Below, piece after piece: positions 12,338-22,767 of a DNA stretch of 64,000 nt. The position numbers and the translations under genes were made by a program. The DNA is taken from NCBI GenBank assembly GCA_025450075.1, contig JANWIC010000003.1:32800-96799 (forward strand). Direction: 5' to 3'. How positions within the stretch are numbered: the stretch's first letter is position 1; each line of letters opens with the position of its first letter. The stretch comes from Patescibacteria group bacterium. GTDB lineage: Bacteria; Patescibacteriota; Dojkabacteria; JAKAPS01. Below the pieces are notes generated by a model. That model saw nothing but the letters and a program-made list of their open reading frames with translations. It was not told the DNA's origin and did no database searches.

Positions 12338-13690
12338 ATGGTGAAGTATATATGTAATAACTGTGGGGCAGAATTTCCGAAGTGGATGGGAAGATGTACC
12401 GCTTGTAATGCCTGGAATACCTTAGAAGAAGTTGAAGTACGAGTTTCTACAGGGACCCGTACACGAGGATCGGTTGTTGTCCCTTCGTATACAACGTTAA
12501 ATGATATCAGACTTCAAAAAGATGACAAGCGATTAGGGACAGGTTTTCAGGAATTTGATAGGGTTCTTGGCGGTGGAATTGTAAAAGGAGAAGTTATCCT
12601 GTTAAGTGGTGATCCTGGAATAGGTAAGTCAACTCTCTTACTCCAATCTCTTGTTCAAATTATATCACAAGGTGCAAAAGTCCTTTATGCGACAGGGGAA
12701 GAATCGGAAAGCCAAATTGGTTTAAGAGCATCTCGTATTGCAAAAACAACCCAAGAAGCTGAGCGTGCCATGATTGTTGCATCAAGTGATATTGATGAGA
12801 TTATGCTACTGACTGAAAAGGTGAAACCCGATCTTCTTATCATTGATTCAATCCAAACTGTGGAATCAAGCAATATTTCAGGAGTTAGCGGAGGAGTTGC
12901 ACAGGTGAAAGAATGCTCTACTATTATCTCTCGGTTTGCAAAATCATCCGGTATTCCCGCTATTATAGTTGGTCATGTAACAAAGGAAGGCTCAATAGCT
13001 GGTCCTAAAGTATTAGAGCATATTGTCGATGCGGTAATTTATCTTGAAGGAGATAGTTTTAGAGAATTTCGAATCCTTCGTAGTGTAAAAAATCGTTATG
13101 GAGCCCAGGGAGAGATTGGTGTATTCGAAATGAAGGAAAAAGGTTTAAGTGAAGTAACTAACCCTTCCTCTATGTTTATTAATCCCCTTACTGCTTCTTC
13201 AGCAGGAGTATGTTTAGTGAGTATTATTGAAGGGTTACGCCCCATAATTCTAGAAGTTCAAGCATTAACTTCTCCAACATACCCTGGAACCGCAAGAAGG
13301 GTAGGGAGCGGTATAGAGTATAACAGGCTCCAATTGCTTACAGCAGTAATTTCAAAAGCTTTAGATTATAAGCTGCAAAACTTTGATATTTATGCAAATG
13401 TTGTTGGAGGTTTAAAGATAAATGATCCATCTCTAGATTTAGGAATCTGTGCATCAATCATATCTTCCTATACAAATAAGGTCATAGGACAAGATACTGT
13501 ATATATCGGAGAAGTTGGATTATCTGGTGAAGTACGAAATACCGTAAATATGGAAAAGAGGATTGATGAAATTGAAAAGCTGGGAATATCCAAAGCAGTT
13601 GTCTCCTCTCTATATAAACCAGCTAAAAAATCTCGAAAAGTCAAAATTCAGGGGATAGATAATATCTCCCACATGTTATCCACATTCTGA
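12338..13690 (+). CDS. radA: DNA repair protein RadA/Sms
   Basis: N-terminal C4 zinc finger CNNCGAEFPKWMGRCTACNAWNT, RecA-like Walker A GDPGIGKST and a C-terminal Lon-protease-like domain. It starts 5 nt after the clpC stop. Confidence 0.9.
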   Translation: MVKYICNNCGAEFPKWMGRCTACNAWNTLEEVEVRVSTGTRTRGSVVVPSYTTLNDIRLQKDDKRLGTGFQEFDRVLGGGIVKGEVILLSGDPGIGKSTLLLQSLVQIISQGAKVLYATGEESESQIGLRASRIAKTTQEAERAMIVASSDIDEIMLLTEKVKPDLLIIDSIQTVESSNISGVSGGVAQVKECSTIISRFAKSSGIPAIIVGHVTKEGSIAGPKVLEHIVDAVIYLEGDSFREFRILRSVKNRYGAQGEIGVFEMKEKGLSEVTNPSSMFINPLTASSAGVCLVSIIEGLRPIILEVQALTSPTYPGTARRVGSGIEYNRLQLLTAVISKALDYKLQNFDIYANVVGGLKINDPSLDLGICASIISSYTNKVIGQDTVYIGEVGLSGEVRNTVNMEKRIDEIEKLGISKAVVSSLYKPAKKSRKVKIQGIDNISHMLSTF

Positions 13691-13974
13691 TCAATTCGCC
13701 TAAAGTTATCCACAGTTTGCAAAATCCCTAAATATATGCTATATTTTGAGTGTGAAAGAAGGGTATTCGACTATAGGCTTGACAAGATAAAAGTTATAGG
13801 CTATAATATAGATGCAATTGAAAATATGAAGGTTTGAAGATAGGTCCCTGGGTCTGGTTAGTAAAAGAAGCTTTACTGGTCCCATGGATATATCTTCAAA
13901 CGAAATGAACGGGGGTGGGAGAAACCGCAATCGGAATCGATAAGAACATATTAGTTATCTATTATCTTCTTATC

Positions 13975-14017
13975 GGGGTCGGTTGGGGCAGTGCCGATCC
14001 CCCTTTTTTTCTTTTTT
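13975..14017 (+). terminator. GC-rich hairpin plus T-run (intrinsic terminator) in the radA-rho intergenic region / rho leader
   Basis: GGGGTCGG...CCGATCCCC stem followed by TTTTTTTCTTTTTT. It lies 285 nt after the radA stop and 140 nt before the rho start. Confidence 0.55.
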
Positions 14018-14153
14018 AATTCATAAATTCCCAAGGTGTCGTTTGACGGCAGAAAATAAATATTGTATACTCGAAAAAACTCTGATATAGAATCATCCAA
14101 CATATACTCTATGCTCTCACGATGCCCTCATTTACTTATTTAATTGTACTGCA

Positions 14154-15419
14154 ATGAACTTATCTGAACTAGACTCAAAAACGTTAGCCGAACTTCGCAA
14201 AATGGCTAAAGATAGAAAAATCGAAAATGCGACAGAATATAATAAACGAGAATTAATTCTCAAAATTTTAGAAGCGAAAACCCAAGATGAAGGAAATATC
14301 TTTATAGAAGGTGTATTGGAAATCATTAATGATGGGGCACATGGTGTCCTTCGATCAATGACCATGCGTCCTGGAGACAATGATGTATATGTATCAGGAT
14401 CTCAGATAAAAAGGTTTAATCTTCGAGAGGGTGATTATATTACGGGTCAAGCACGGCTTCCGAAAGATAATGAAAAATATCTTTCCTTGCTCCGCTTAGA
14501 GGCAATTAATGGAAGAGACCCTGAACAAGCTACAAAACGTGTTTCATTCGAACGTCTTACTCCAATTTTTCCAAATATTCAAATCAAACTGGAAACTGAT
14601 CCAAATGTGTTATCAACCCGTGTAATAGATTTACTTGCCCCTATCGGAAAAGGCCAAAGAGGGATGATAGTTGCTCCTCCAAAATCGGGTAAAACAATTC
14701 TTCTAAAGGAAATTGCTGATGGAATAGCTAAGAACAATCCTGATCTTCATCTATTAGTAGTCCTTATCGGGGAAAGACCAGAAGAAGTAACTGATATGCA
14801 ACGATTTGTTAAAGGCGAAGTTGTTGCTTCTAACTTTGATGACCAACCTGAAAACCAGGTACGTGTGGCAGAACTTGCTTTAGAACGTGCAAAGAGACTT
14901 GTTGAAGAAGGACTTGATGTCGTTATCCTTATGGATAGTCTAACCCGTCTTGCTCGAGCATATAATATGGTGTTACCAACATCTGGTAGGACACTATCTG
15001 GTGGATTTGACCCTGTTGCATTGTACCCGCCAAAGAAATTCTTTGGTGCAGCAAGAAACTTTGAAGAAAAAGGATCTCTTACTATTATTGCAACAGCTCT
15101 TATCGATACGGGATCACGTATGGATGATTTGGTTTATGAAGAATTCAAAGGAACTGGAAATATGGAATTGGTTCTTGACCGAAGACTATCTGAACGTAGG
15201 GTATACCCATCTATTGATGCGTCCCGATCAAGCACTAGAAATGAAGAAAAACTTCTTCCTCCTGAAATCCTCAATCAATCATGGAGAGTACGAAGAATGC
15301 TTGATGCTCTGAAACAAAATGAAAAGATGAGTGCTGAAGCATTAGAATCCTTCCTTGACAGACTAAAAAGAACAAAAAGTAACGAAATCTTCCTTGCAAG
15401 TCTACACGAAAGCTTCTAA
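14154..15419 (+). CDS. rho: Transcription termination factor Rho
   Basis: N-terminal MNLSELDSKTLAELRKMA, a primary RNA-binding OB domain, Walker A APPKSGKT, and Q-loop/R-loop regions. 421 aa. Confidence 0.95.
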   Translation: MNLSELDSKTLAELRKMAKDRKIENATEYNKRELILKILEAKTQDEGNIFIEGVLEIINDGAHGVLRSMTMRPGDNDVYVSGSQIKRFNLREGDYITGQARLPKDNEKYLSLLRLEAINGRDPEQATKRVSFERLTPIFPNIQIKLETDPNVLSTRVIDLLAPIGKGQRGMIVAPPKSGKTILLKEIADGIAKNNPDLHLLVVLIGERPEEVTDMQRFVKGEVVASNFDDQPENQVRVAELALERAKRLVEEGLDVVILMDSLTRLARAYNMVLPTSGRTLSGGFDPVALYPPKKFFGAARNFEEKGSLTIIATALIDTGSRMDDLVYEEFKGTGNMELVLDRRLSERRVYPSIDASRSSTRNEEKLLPPEILNQSWRVRRMLDALKQNEKMSAEALESFLDRLKRTKSNEIFLASLHESF

Positions 15420-15483
15420 AACCCATAGTATATATGTTGAGATTATGGTATAATGAACTGGTAGTTTATACTAGTATACATCT

Positions 15484-17010
15484 ATGTCAGAAAGTTACGA
15501 AGGAGGTTTTTATTACACTAGAGATTTTCCAGAAACAGAGAGTATAGATCCAACTGTCGATCGTGAACTCTTAAACATGATTTATGATGATCTTAACAAC
15601 GTTTGTTGGGCTTTTGCTGGATGCAATTTAGATGAAGCAGATAAAAAAAATCCTTTTATTTCATACATGCGTAGGCAATTGATTAATGCTGCAAAAAATA
15701 AGGCTGAATTTGATGAATTAACGGTAACTACTTCTGATCCAATAGCAAAAAGCATTATGTCCTTAATTGAAAGGGCATTTAACAACAGAATTGAACAAGC
15801 ATACATTGATAATGGTGTTAGGAATAATCGACCATATTCAGCTTGGCTTGGAGAAGATGGGACTAACAGTGATTTAAGAGCCTTAGATGTCCCGGAGAAT
15901 GCGGTAGCATTAGCTCTCTATGAAATTACTCATAAAGGTGAAAATTATCAAGTTTTTATTGGAGGATGTGTTAAAAAAAATCCAATTAAATTTTCTGCAT
16001 TTTCTTCTCTTGGATCTAAGCCATCAATATATATTGTGAGGATTAATAAAAATGGGAGCTATGATGGATTAAATAAAATAAATGACGCGTCTTTGATTGA
16101 AGAATTATTAAATGAAGCACAAAATGGTAATAAGGCTCTTCTCAGTGGTAATAAACCTGATCAAAATCAAAAAGGAATTTTGTTTGTATTACCAAGAGAA
16201 GAATACGAGAATCAAGTGAATACAGGTGTTGATTCTTCGCCTTTAGTCGATCCTCAAGCTCCTGAACCCTTGACTCCTCCACCAGTTGTTGCACCAAGAA
16301 CCGCCCCTTCTCCAGAACAGAAAAGAAAAATCCCTGGTTTATCTCATCTTGCACAAATTTTGCTTTATATTGATGAGAAAGGAACACGAAAGGCAGCAAA
16401 GGATATAGTTAATTTGGGTAAGGTTATCGTATTATTCGCATTAGCGGTACCGGTCGAGGGTACTTTGGGAATAAAAAATTATTTGGATGAAAGAAGAAGG
16501 CAGAAAGTAATTAACCGTTTGCACAGACAGGCTTATAAGTCCCAGCAAAGAGCAAATAAAGTACCTCGAGACAGATCTGCAAGCAAAACAAGAAAGACAT
16601 ATGGACGACCCAGTCTTCATGCACGGAAGCCATCCTCAAAAGTCAATATCAACAGGATCAAAAGGGAATCACCAGGTAAAACGAGAAGAGAAAGATTGAA
16701 AGAAATTGCCATAAGAAAATTCTTTCCAGCTGCAATTCCTGGAAAACCGCTTTTCTCTTCAGAAAATATAATTGCTGGGGGTAGTACTCCGGCATTATTT
16801 GTTAAAATGGTTGGGTATATTGGAAAACAAATAAATACTGCTGTTTTGAGAAGAAAACCTATACCTAACTCATTGCCAGATGCTGATGCGGAGAAACTAC
16901 TTAGGGAGCTTGCAGCAATGCTTTCTGATCCTCATGAACAGACTCCTACACCGCCTTCCGAATCAGCATATGAGGCTCCCCCTGATGTTGATGATGAAGT
17001 AGATATTTAG
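15484..17010 (+). CDS. Hypothetical protein with a Pro-rich linker, a highly basic (Lys/Arg-rich) central region and an acidic C-terminal tail
   Basis: 508-aa ORF with no catalytic motifs. TGGTATAAT extended -10 at about 15446-15454. Confidence 0.45.
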   Translation: MSESYEGGFYYTRDFPETESIDPTVDRELLNMIYDDLNNVCWAFAGCNLDEADKKNPFISYMRRQLINAAKNKAEFDELTVTTSDPIAKSIMSLIERAFNNRIEQAYIDNGVRNNRPYSAWLGEDGTNSDLRALDVPENAVALALYEITHKGENYQVFIGGCVKKNPIKFSAFSSLGSKPSIYIVRINKNGSYDGLNKINDASLIEELLNEAQNGNKALLSGNKPDQNQKGILFVLPREEYENQVNTGVDSSPLVDPQAPEPLTPPPVVAPRTAPSPEQKRKIPGLSHLAQILLYIDEKGTRKAAKDIVNLGKVIVLFALAVPVEGTLGIKNYLDERRRQKVINRLHRQAYKSQQRANKVPRDRSASKTRKTYGRPSLHARKPSSKVNINRIKRESPGKTRRERLKEIAIRKFFPAAIPGKPLFSSENIIAGGSTPALFVKMVGYIGKQINTAVLRRKPIPNSLPDADAEKLLRELAAMLSDPHEQTPTPPSESAYEAPPDVDDEVDI

Positions 17011-17051
17011 CAATTTCTATTAAACAAATTTTTAGTTATAATACATTTGTT

Positions 17052-17123
17052 GGGGGATGTAGCTCAATGGTAGAGCACTACATTCGCATTGTAGGGGTTG
17101 TGGGTTCAAGTCCCATCATCTCC
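17052..17123 (+). tRNA. tRNA-Ala (anticodon CGC)
   Basis: GGGGATG/CATCTCC acceptor stem with G3:U70. Anticodon loop TTCGCAT. TTCAAGTCC T-loop. Confidence 0.75.
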
Positions 17124-17224
17124 AATATCTTTATTGGATATTTAAAGTAATAACTTTTACTTAGTAAAATAGTTTGTTTGTTTTCAGTTTCTCATGATAT
17201 AGTGATGAGGAAATAATATCTGCC

Positions 17225-18466
17225 ATGAGAACAAGGTATTTTCTACCATTCAAAATAAAAAGTATTCATTATGTCATCGTTATAGGGACTTTTTGGGCAA
17301 TTTCAGACGCCTTTGTTTCATTTTATCTTCCAATACAAATGCAGTCTTATCTGCATAATCTCTTTTTATTCGGTCTTTTATTCGCGATATCATCGACTAT
17401 TGGGGCTTTAAGTGATATTGGATTAGGGATTCTATCGTCAAAAATTAAATATACCCTTTATTTCATATTGGGTTTACTTTCTTCTTTAGTACTTATATTT
17501 TCCTCCATTCTACCATTTAATGTAATCTTAATTGTTTGGATTATGGCTGTTTGGGGAGTATATTATGAATTTATGCAAATAGCTGTTTTCAATTATGTAA
17601 CCAGACATAAGCATATTGAAGAACACTCAAGAAATTTCGGTTTGATCTATCTTTTTGAAAATCTAAGTTATGTTATCGGACCTATAATCGGAGGATTTCT
17701 TATTGTATCAGGAAAATATGCAATATATTCTGTCTGCTTCGCGTGTATAATTATAGCTTTTTTGTTTATCAGGCCATTAATAGTTATACATAAACATAAG
17801 GAGAAGCCCTTTCTAGTATATGAAAAAAAATTATCATTTAATTTTAAAAAGGAGTTAAGAAGCTTCAAGAAGATTTGGCAGTTTGCATTCATAATGTTTA
17901 TAGGAATTTTTTTATATAACGTATGGGATTCATTTGTTTGGACTCTAGAACCCTTACAAAGTACGGTATCTAATGCAGTCTTTGCCGGTATTATCACTGC
18001 AATATTTACTCTTCCATTAGCAACTCTAGAAGCATGGGGAGGAAAGATTGCTGATATATATGGAAGAAGAATCACCTTCATCTTAGGATTTTTTATTGCA
18101 TCTTTATTTACATTTCTTTTTGGTTTACAGGATAATTTGTATCTGAGGATAATATTAGCTCTCATCGCTGCAGTAGGATTTGCCTTTGCATATCCGGCAA
18201 TGATGGGGGAGACGTCAAAAGAAACCAGTGAACATGAAAAGCAATTAGGTAATATTGCCGGGTTGCAACGAATATTCGTAAATGGTGGATATATTCTAGG
18301 TCCAATATTTGCAGGTTATGTAAGCAGCATTTATGGAATTCAACGTGCGTTTAGTATTCTTGGCCTTGTCATGATGTTCTCATTTATACCCATTCTTATC
18401 TTCATGACCCACTATCATTTTAAGGGGAGAATTCACAGAGTTCTTGTAACTGAATTTGAACTTTAA
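17225..18466 (+). CDS. Polytopic membrane transporter, MFS-like
   Basis: About 12 predicted hydrophobic helices across 413 aa. A GxxxDxxGRR-like motif (GKIADIYGRRIT) sits between TM segments, as in MFS loop 2-3. Confidence 0.5.
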   Translation: MRTRYFLPFKIKSIHYVIVIGTFWAISDAFVSFYLPIQMQSYLHNLFLFGLLFAISSTIGALSDIGLGILSSKIKYTLYFILGLLSSLVLIFSSILPFNVILIVWIMAVWGVYYEFMQIAVFNYVTRHKHIEEHSRNFGLIYLFENLSYVIGPIIGGFLIVSGKYAIYSVCFACIIIAFLFIRPLIVIHKHKEKPFLVYEKKLSFNFKKELRSFKKIWQFAFIMFIGIFLYNVWDSFVWTLEPLQSTVSNAVFAGIITAIFTLPLATLEAWGGKIADIYGRRITFILGFFIASLFTFLFGLQDNLYLRIILALIAAVGFAFAYPAMMGETSKETSEHEKQLGNIAGLQRIFVNGGYILGPIFAGYVSSIYGIQRAFSILGLVMMFSFIPILIFMTHYHFKGRIHRVLVTEFEL

Positions 18467-18561
18467 TAACTTTTCTTGTTCACTCGTATCCTAATTTTGG
18501 AACAATTAATATTAATATTTCAGTTTGGGTTGCGGGGTATCCTCCTGTTTGCTATAGTAGT

Positions 18562-20349
18562 TTGCAATTAGATACTCCAATGACATCAAATACAACTTTA
18601 CCTGTACAAGCAGATCTTCAAGCATATTATCCGGTATCATTTGAGCCGGATGTTTTTACTAAAGAAGAAAGATTCCTTTTAAATCCTTTTTTTACAAACC
18701 TTGATAAACCAGTTTTTGTTTTGCAAAATCTACCTACTGAAATTGCGGCAGCACTTGCTTCCCGTTACAGTAGGAGCATGTGGGGGCTTCGAAGAGTGTT
18801 TTTAAAGGAATATATATGGCCATTAGTTCATCCCGAGCTTCTTCCCGGATGGGAAAGCCTCGATATTGCGAGCAGGAAATCGTCCTTAGAAACAAAGGAT
18901 GAAGTTCTCGGCTTTATTACCTATCTGAATGAGCATGGAGGGCTTGAGCATGTAGCAGATATTCAACGTGCAAGAAAATTTTTTGAAAAATGGTTAAACC
19001 AATATGGAGATGATTCTATTGCAGAACTTGGATCATATTTAGTAGGGATAGAAGGAGTTTCCATGCTTTGTTCAATTTGGGGAGTAGAGAGTATTCCTTA
19101 CGCATCTCTAATTGCAAAATCAACCCGATATGTAAATTTTTCTGATAAACGTACAGATGGTGAATACAAATTTATTATTCCTGGTGAGATACGCGGAACA
19201 AAATATGAAGAAAGCTATACGAAAGCTCTCCATAATCTCTTTGCTACCTATGCGAACACGATTTCTCCCTATACAGAATATGTAAAGGGTATATACCCAA
19301 AGGGCGATGATGAAAGTGATACTTCATTTCATGCATCTCGTCAGGCAAAAGCATTTGACGACCTTCGAGAGTTGCTTCCTTTTGCAACACAGACAAGTTT
19401 TGCAATCCATGCGAACATGAGATCATTTGAAGCAATTATTAATAATCTTCTGGCTCAACCGTTTGGTGAAGCACGATGGCTAGGACAGGCTATCTTTGAA
19501 GAACTCCATACTGTTGCTCCTTCTTTAATATCAAGAGTAAATACACCAAGAGGAGCAGCTGTTCAGCAGTATCGAGCACAAATGATTACGTATAAGGGTA
19601 AATTGGGGAAAAAGGTAAAGACGAATAATGGGGTACTTGAAAAAGAAAGAATTCGATTGTTGGATTATACAAAAGATGCTGAAAAGAAAATCCTTTCAGC
19701 CTACTTATTTCATGAGGGAACTTCAGGATACGATGAGATTACGCAAAGTATTAATAAGCTTTCTGCTGAAGAAAGGAAAAAGATGCTCAAGGAGTTATTG
19801 AAATTAAGGAGTAATGGAGGTAGTAACATGCCAAGAGAGGCCATACGATTTAATACGGTAGAAGATGCATTCAAACATGCACACTATAGCTTTCTTCTTT
19901 TAATCCGTGGAGGTGATCTGCGGGATCTTTACAGACATCGCTATGCTGATAAGGCAATCTCATGTATGAATTTAAGGAATGGTTATACATTAGAAAATGA
20001 AGTGATAAAGTCTCCTTTCATTAAACAAATATCACAAGCTCTAGAAGGAGTGAAAAAAGTATATGACGATTTGGAAAAGAAAGACCCATCTATCTCCCAA
20101 TATGTCGTTCCTTTCGGGTATAGACAGGAGTTGTATCTTCAACTTAGCGCATGGGAGGTCTATTGGATTGGAGAACTGAGAACAGGCACTCAAGCGCGTC
20201 CAGAGTATGGAGAAATATGTAGGCAGATGGCCAGCATTGCAAAAAGAGTAGACCCAAATATCTTTAGCGCTATGATCATAGGAGAAGAAGAAGGAAGAAT
20301 CCCAAGAAGAAAATATGCTAAAAAGTTGGAAGAAAAAGCAAAAGAATAA
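18562..20349 (+). CDS. Hypothetical 595-aa protein with ThyX-like (flavin-dependent thymidylate synthase) motifs scattered along its length
   Basis: ALASRYSRS resembles ThyX ARxCYxS, EHGGLEH resembles HxSVLEH, and there are an SxRY motif (KSTRYVNF) and a late RHR...S motif (YRHRYADKAIS). The order and spacing do not match a canonical 220-250-aa ThyX. Confidence 0.35.
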   Translation: MQLDTPMTSNTTLPVQADLQAYYPVSFEPDVFTKEERFLLNPFFTNLDKPVFVLQNLPTEIAAALASRYSRSMWGLRRVFLKEYIWPLVHPELLPGWESLDIASRKSSLETKDEVLGFITYLNEHGGLEHVADIQRARKFFEKWLNQYGDDSIAELGSYLVGIEGVSMLCSIWGVESIPYASLIAKSTRYVNFSDKRTDGEYKFIIPGEIRGTKYEESYTKALHNLFATYANTISPYTEYVKGIYPKGDDESDTSFHASRQAKAFDDLRELLPFATQTSFAIHANMRSFEAIINNLLAQPFGEARWLGQAIFEELHTVAPSLISRVNTPRGAAVQQYRAQMITYKGKLGKKVKTNNGVLEKERIRLLDYTKDAEKKILSAYLFHEGTSGYDEITQSINKLSAEERKKMLKELLKLRSNGGSNMPREAIRFNTVEDAFKHAHYSFLLLIRGGDLRDLYRHRYADKAISCMNLRNGYTLENEVIKSPFIKQISQALEGVKKVYDDLEKKDPSISQYVVPFGYRQELYLQLSAWEVYWIGELRTGTQARPEYGEICRQMASIAKRVDPNIFSAMIIGEEEGRIPRRKYAKKLEEKAKE

Positions 20350-20419
20350 CCAGTTTTACCTTGAACCGCATTTATCCTTGTGATATAGTCCAGTTGTCAT
20401 AATTTCTCTTAATATTCTT

Positions 20420-21448
20420 ATGCCCGAGTTAGATATTTTAAAAATTCTCCAAGATTGTCAAAAAACCCTTCTTATTGCATCTTTCCCAGCTGATATTGAC
20501 GGTATAGCCTCAGCAATTATTCTCAAGAAATACCTTGTATCAAATGGAAAAGATTGTATTGCAATCTGTCCCGATCCTATTACTGAAATTGCAAAGAAGA
20601 AATACAATTTTTTACCATATATGGATGAAATCTTGTATGCGGAAAGTAACGCCACCTTACTAAATGAAAACATTGATGCAGTAATATTATTTGACTCATC
20701 AACCTTAACCCAGTTTTATAACCCAGCAAAAGAAGAGGTTTTTGATCTTTGTAAAGTAAAAAAGGTTATTCATATTGATCATCATGAAGATATGGGGAAA
20801 ATCCCTGCAGATATTAAAGTAATTGATGTGCATGCTTGTGCAAGTGTTCAGGTTCTTTTGGATCAGGTTGTTCCACTTGCATATATAACACCATCATTGG
20901 GAGAACTTGTTTTTGCAGCATTAGTTGAAGATACAGGAAATTTTGTATGGAATTTGCAGTCTTCACGTCCATATAATATTGCTGCACATTTAATTGATAT
21001 TGGGGTACGTACTGCTCCGATCATCTACCAATTAATATTATGGAAAGATAAGGAATATATTGAAACATTAAAATGGATGCTTACACATATCGAATATTTT
21101 GATGATATCCATACCATTATGCTTTGTATTCCATTTGAAATAAAAGAAAAAGAGAAAATTGATGGGGAAAAGTTTCAGAAAATTAAGGAAATATTTGAAT
21201 TACAGATTGCCAAATTTATTAGGGGATATGACAGAGGAATTCTTATATATGAAGAGCGAAAAGGCTATATATATGCATCATTTAGGGCAAATGATGTAAC
21301 CAATACTGTTGATATTCCTGTATTGTTAGCAAAAGTAGGTGGAAAGAGTGGGGGTCATTTCAATTCTGCAAGCATAAAAATAGATGGAGTATTTGAAGAA
21401 ATAAAAGAAATTTTACAAGATCTTTTACATGATGCGTTAGTGAAATAA
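20420..21448 (+). CDS. DHH-DHHA1 family phosphoesterase (NrnA-like nanoRNase/pAp phosphatase)
   Basis: DHH motifs DIDGIAS and IDHHED. DHHA1-like GGKSGGH near the C-terminus. Confidence 0.7.
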   Translation: MPELDILKILQDCQKTLLIASFPADIDGIASAIILKKYLVSNGKDCIAICPDPITEIAKKKYNFLPYMDEILYAESNATLLNENIDAVILFDSSTLTQFYNPAKEEVFDLCKVKKVIHIDHHEDMGKIPADIKVIDVHACASVQVLLDQVVPLAYITPSLGELVFAALVEDTGNFVWNLQSSRPYNIAAHLIDIGVRTAPIIYQLILWKDKEYIETLKWMLTHIEYFDDIHTIMLCIPFEIKEKEKIDGEKFQKIKEIFELQIAKFIRGYDRGILIYEERKGYIYASFRANDVTNTVDIPVLLAKVGGKSGGHFNSASIKIDGVFEEIKEILQDLLHDALVK

Positions 21449-21506
21449 TCTTCTTCTTTTCAAGTTACTTTAAAAGTGTTATTATTCCCTGCAACTAATA
21501 TTAAAA

Positions 21507-22748
21507 ATGATAGAAAACTCTTCTGATCAAGATAGAAATTCAGAATCAGAATCTTTGAGGGAGCAGTTATTAACTGAGTTCCATAGAGCTGTCAATTGCT
21601 TGTTTCCTATTGGATGTGATGGAATACCTGAAGCAGGTATTTTAGGTACTTTTATGTATGTTTTTTTATATGATGGAGGAAAAAATGAAAATTTGGTATA
21701 TAACGGTTTAGATTACGATTATGGCTTTTATTCTCTTTCAGAATGGCTAGATAGTTTATTGAATAATGGGCGATCATTGAATAATTTAAATATTTATCAG
21801 GTTATATATGAACGTTTTAAAGAGGCTTATTGGGCTGCATCGCATGTTTGTGAGCATTTATTTCGGAATTCTTCCTATCGAAATATAGATGGTCATAATC
21901 CTCCTAAAGGTAAAATTTTTATCCCAGAAGATATTCGATGGGGAAGCATTGCAGGATCATTTAATATGATAGAAGAAGTGAGGGATATAAATAGTCCTAA
22001 TTCGAAACGTGTTGAAAGGTTAAAATTTCATTCATTTACAAACTATGCATCCGGGAGAGCAGATTCACGATGTTTATTTCATCTCAATTCAAGAAGAGAG
22101 GTAGATGCAATAATATCTCATATGGATGACCGTATTCCCCCATCTTTTGGACAGGAACAATTCTCTTCTATGGATAAAGCCGATCGCATTTCTGAAATTT
22201 CTACCGGATTGGTTAGTAACATTTGTTGCGAATATTTGGAGCAATTGAGAAATGAGCTAAGGATCTTTGGTACAGAAGATCAAGAAGAAAAGTTTCTTAG
22301 AGAAGTTAGAGAATGCATCACTTCACTATTTAATGAATTAAATAGTTTAGAAGGATTTGGAATAAGTTCTGAATTTTATAATGTGATTACTGATCTGGAA
22401 CAAATTCTTCTTCAAAATCAAAATGCATTAATGCAATATGTTCAATTTTTAGCTGATAGGGGTATACTTGTATATCTTTGTCAAAACTTGAAAGAGAATA
22501 ATTTTCCCTATATGCTGTTGTTTGCATATCACAAACTTGGTCAAAGTATCATACCGGTATTAGGAGCATTAAATTTTATTAATCCTTATCATGTCTTAAA
22601 ATTTTGTGTACTTTCCGATACGTTTGATGAAATTGAGGTGGATCCTGAAACACTTACAATAATAGTTGAAAACAGCATGACTACAATTATTCCTGTATCT
22701 TCTGATTCATCGATTAAAGCTTTAATCCCTATGAAAGCGGAAGTATAG
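21507..22748 (+). CDS. Hypothetical protein
   Basis: 413-aa ORF with no recognised motifs. Confidence 0.4.
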   Translation: MIENSSDQDRNSESESLREQLLTEFHRAVNCLFPIGCDGIPEAGILGTFMYVFLYDGGKNENLVYNGLDYDYGFYSLSEWLDSLLNNGRSLNNLNIYQVIYERFKEAYWAASHVCEHLFRNSSYRNIDGHNPPKGKIFIPEDIRWGSIAGSFNMIEEVRDINSPNSKRVERLKFHSFTNYASGRADSRCLFHLNSRREVDAIISHMDDRIPPSFGQEQFSSMDKADRISEISTGLVSNICCEYLEQLRNELRIFGTEDQEEKFLREVRECITSLFNELNSLEGFGISSEFYNVITDLEQILLQNQNALMQYVQFLADRGILVYLCQNLKENNFPYMLLFAYHKLGQSIIPVLGALNFINPYHVLKFCVLSDTFDEIEVDPETLTIIVENSMTTIIPVSSDSSIKALIPMKAEV

Positions 22749-22767
22749 GTTCATTACTTTGATTAAA

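Noticed and set aside
13739-13930. 63-codon minus-strand ORF in the radA-rho intergenic region
   Set aside because: No RBS, no conserved motifs, and low-complexity translation. The region is better explained as the rho leader and terminator.
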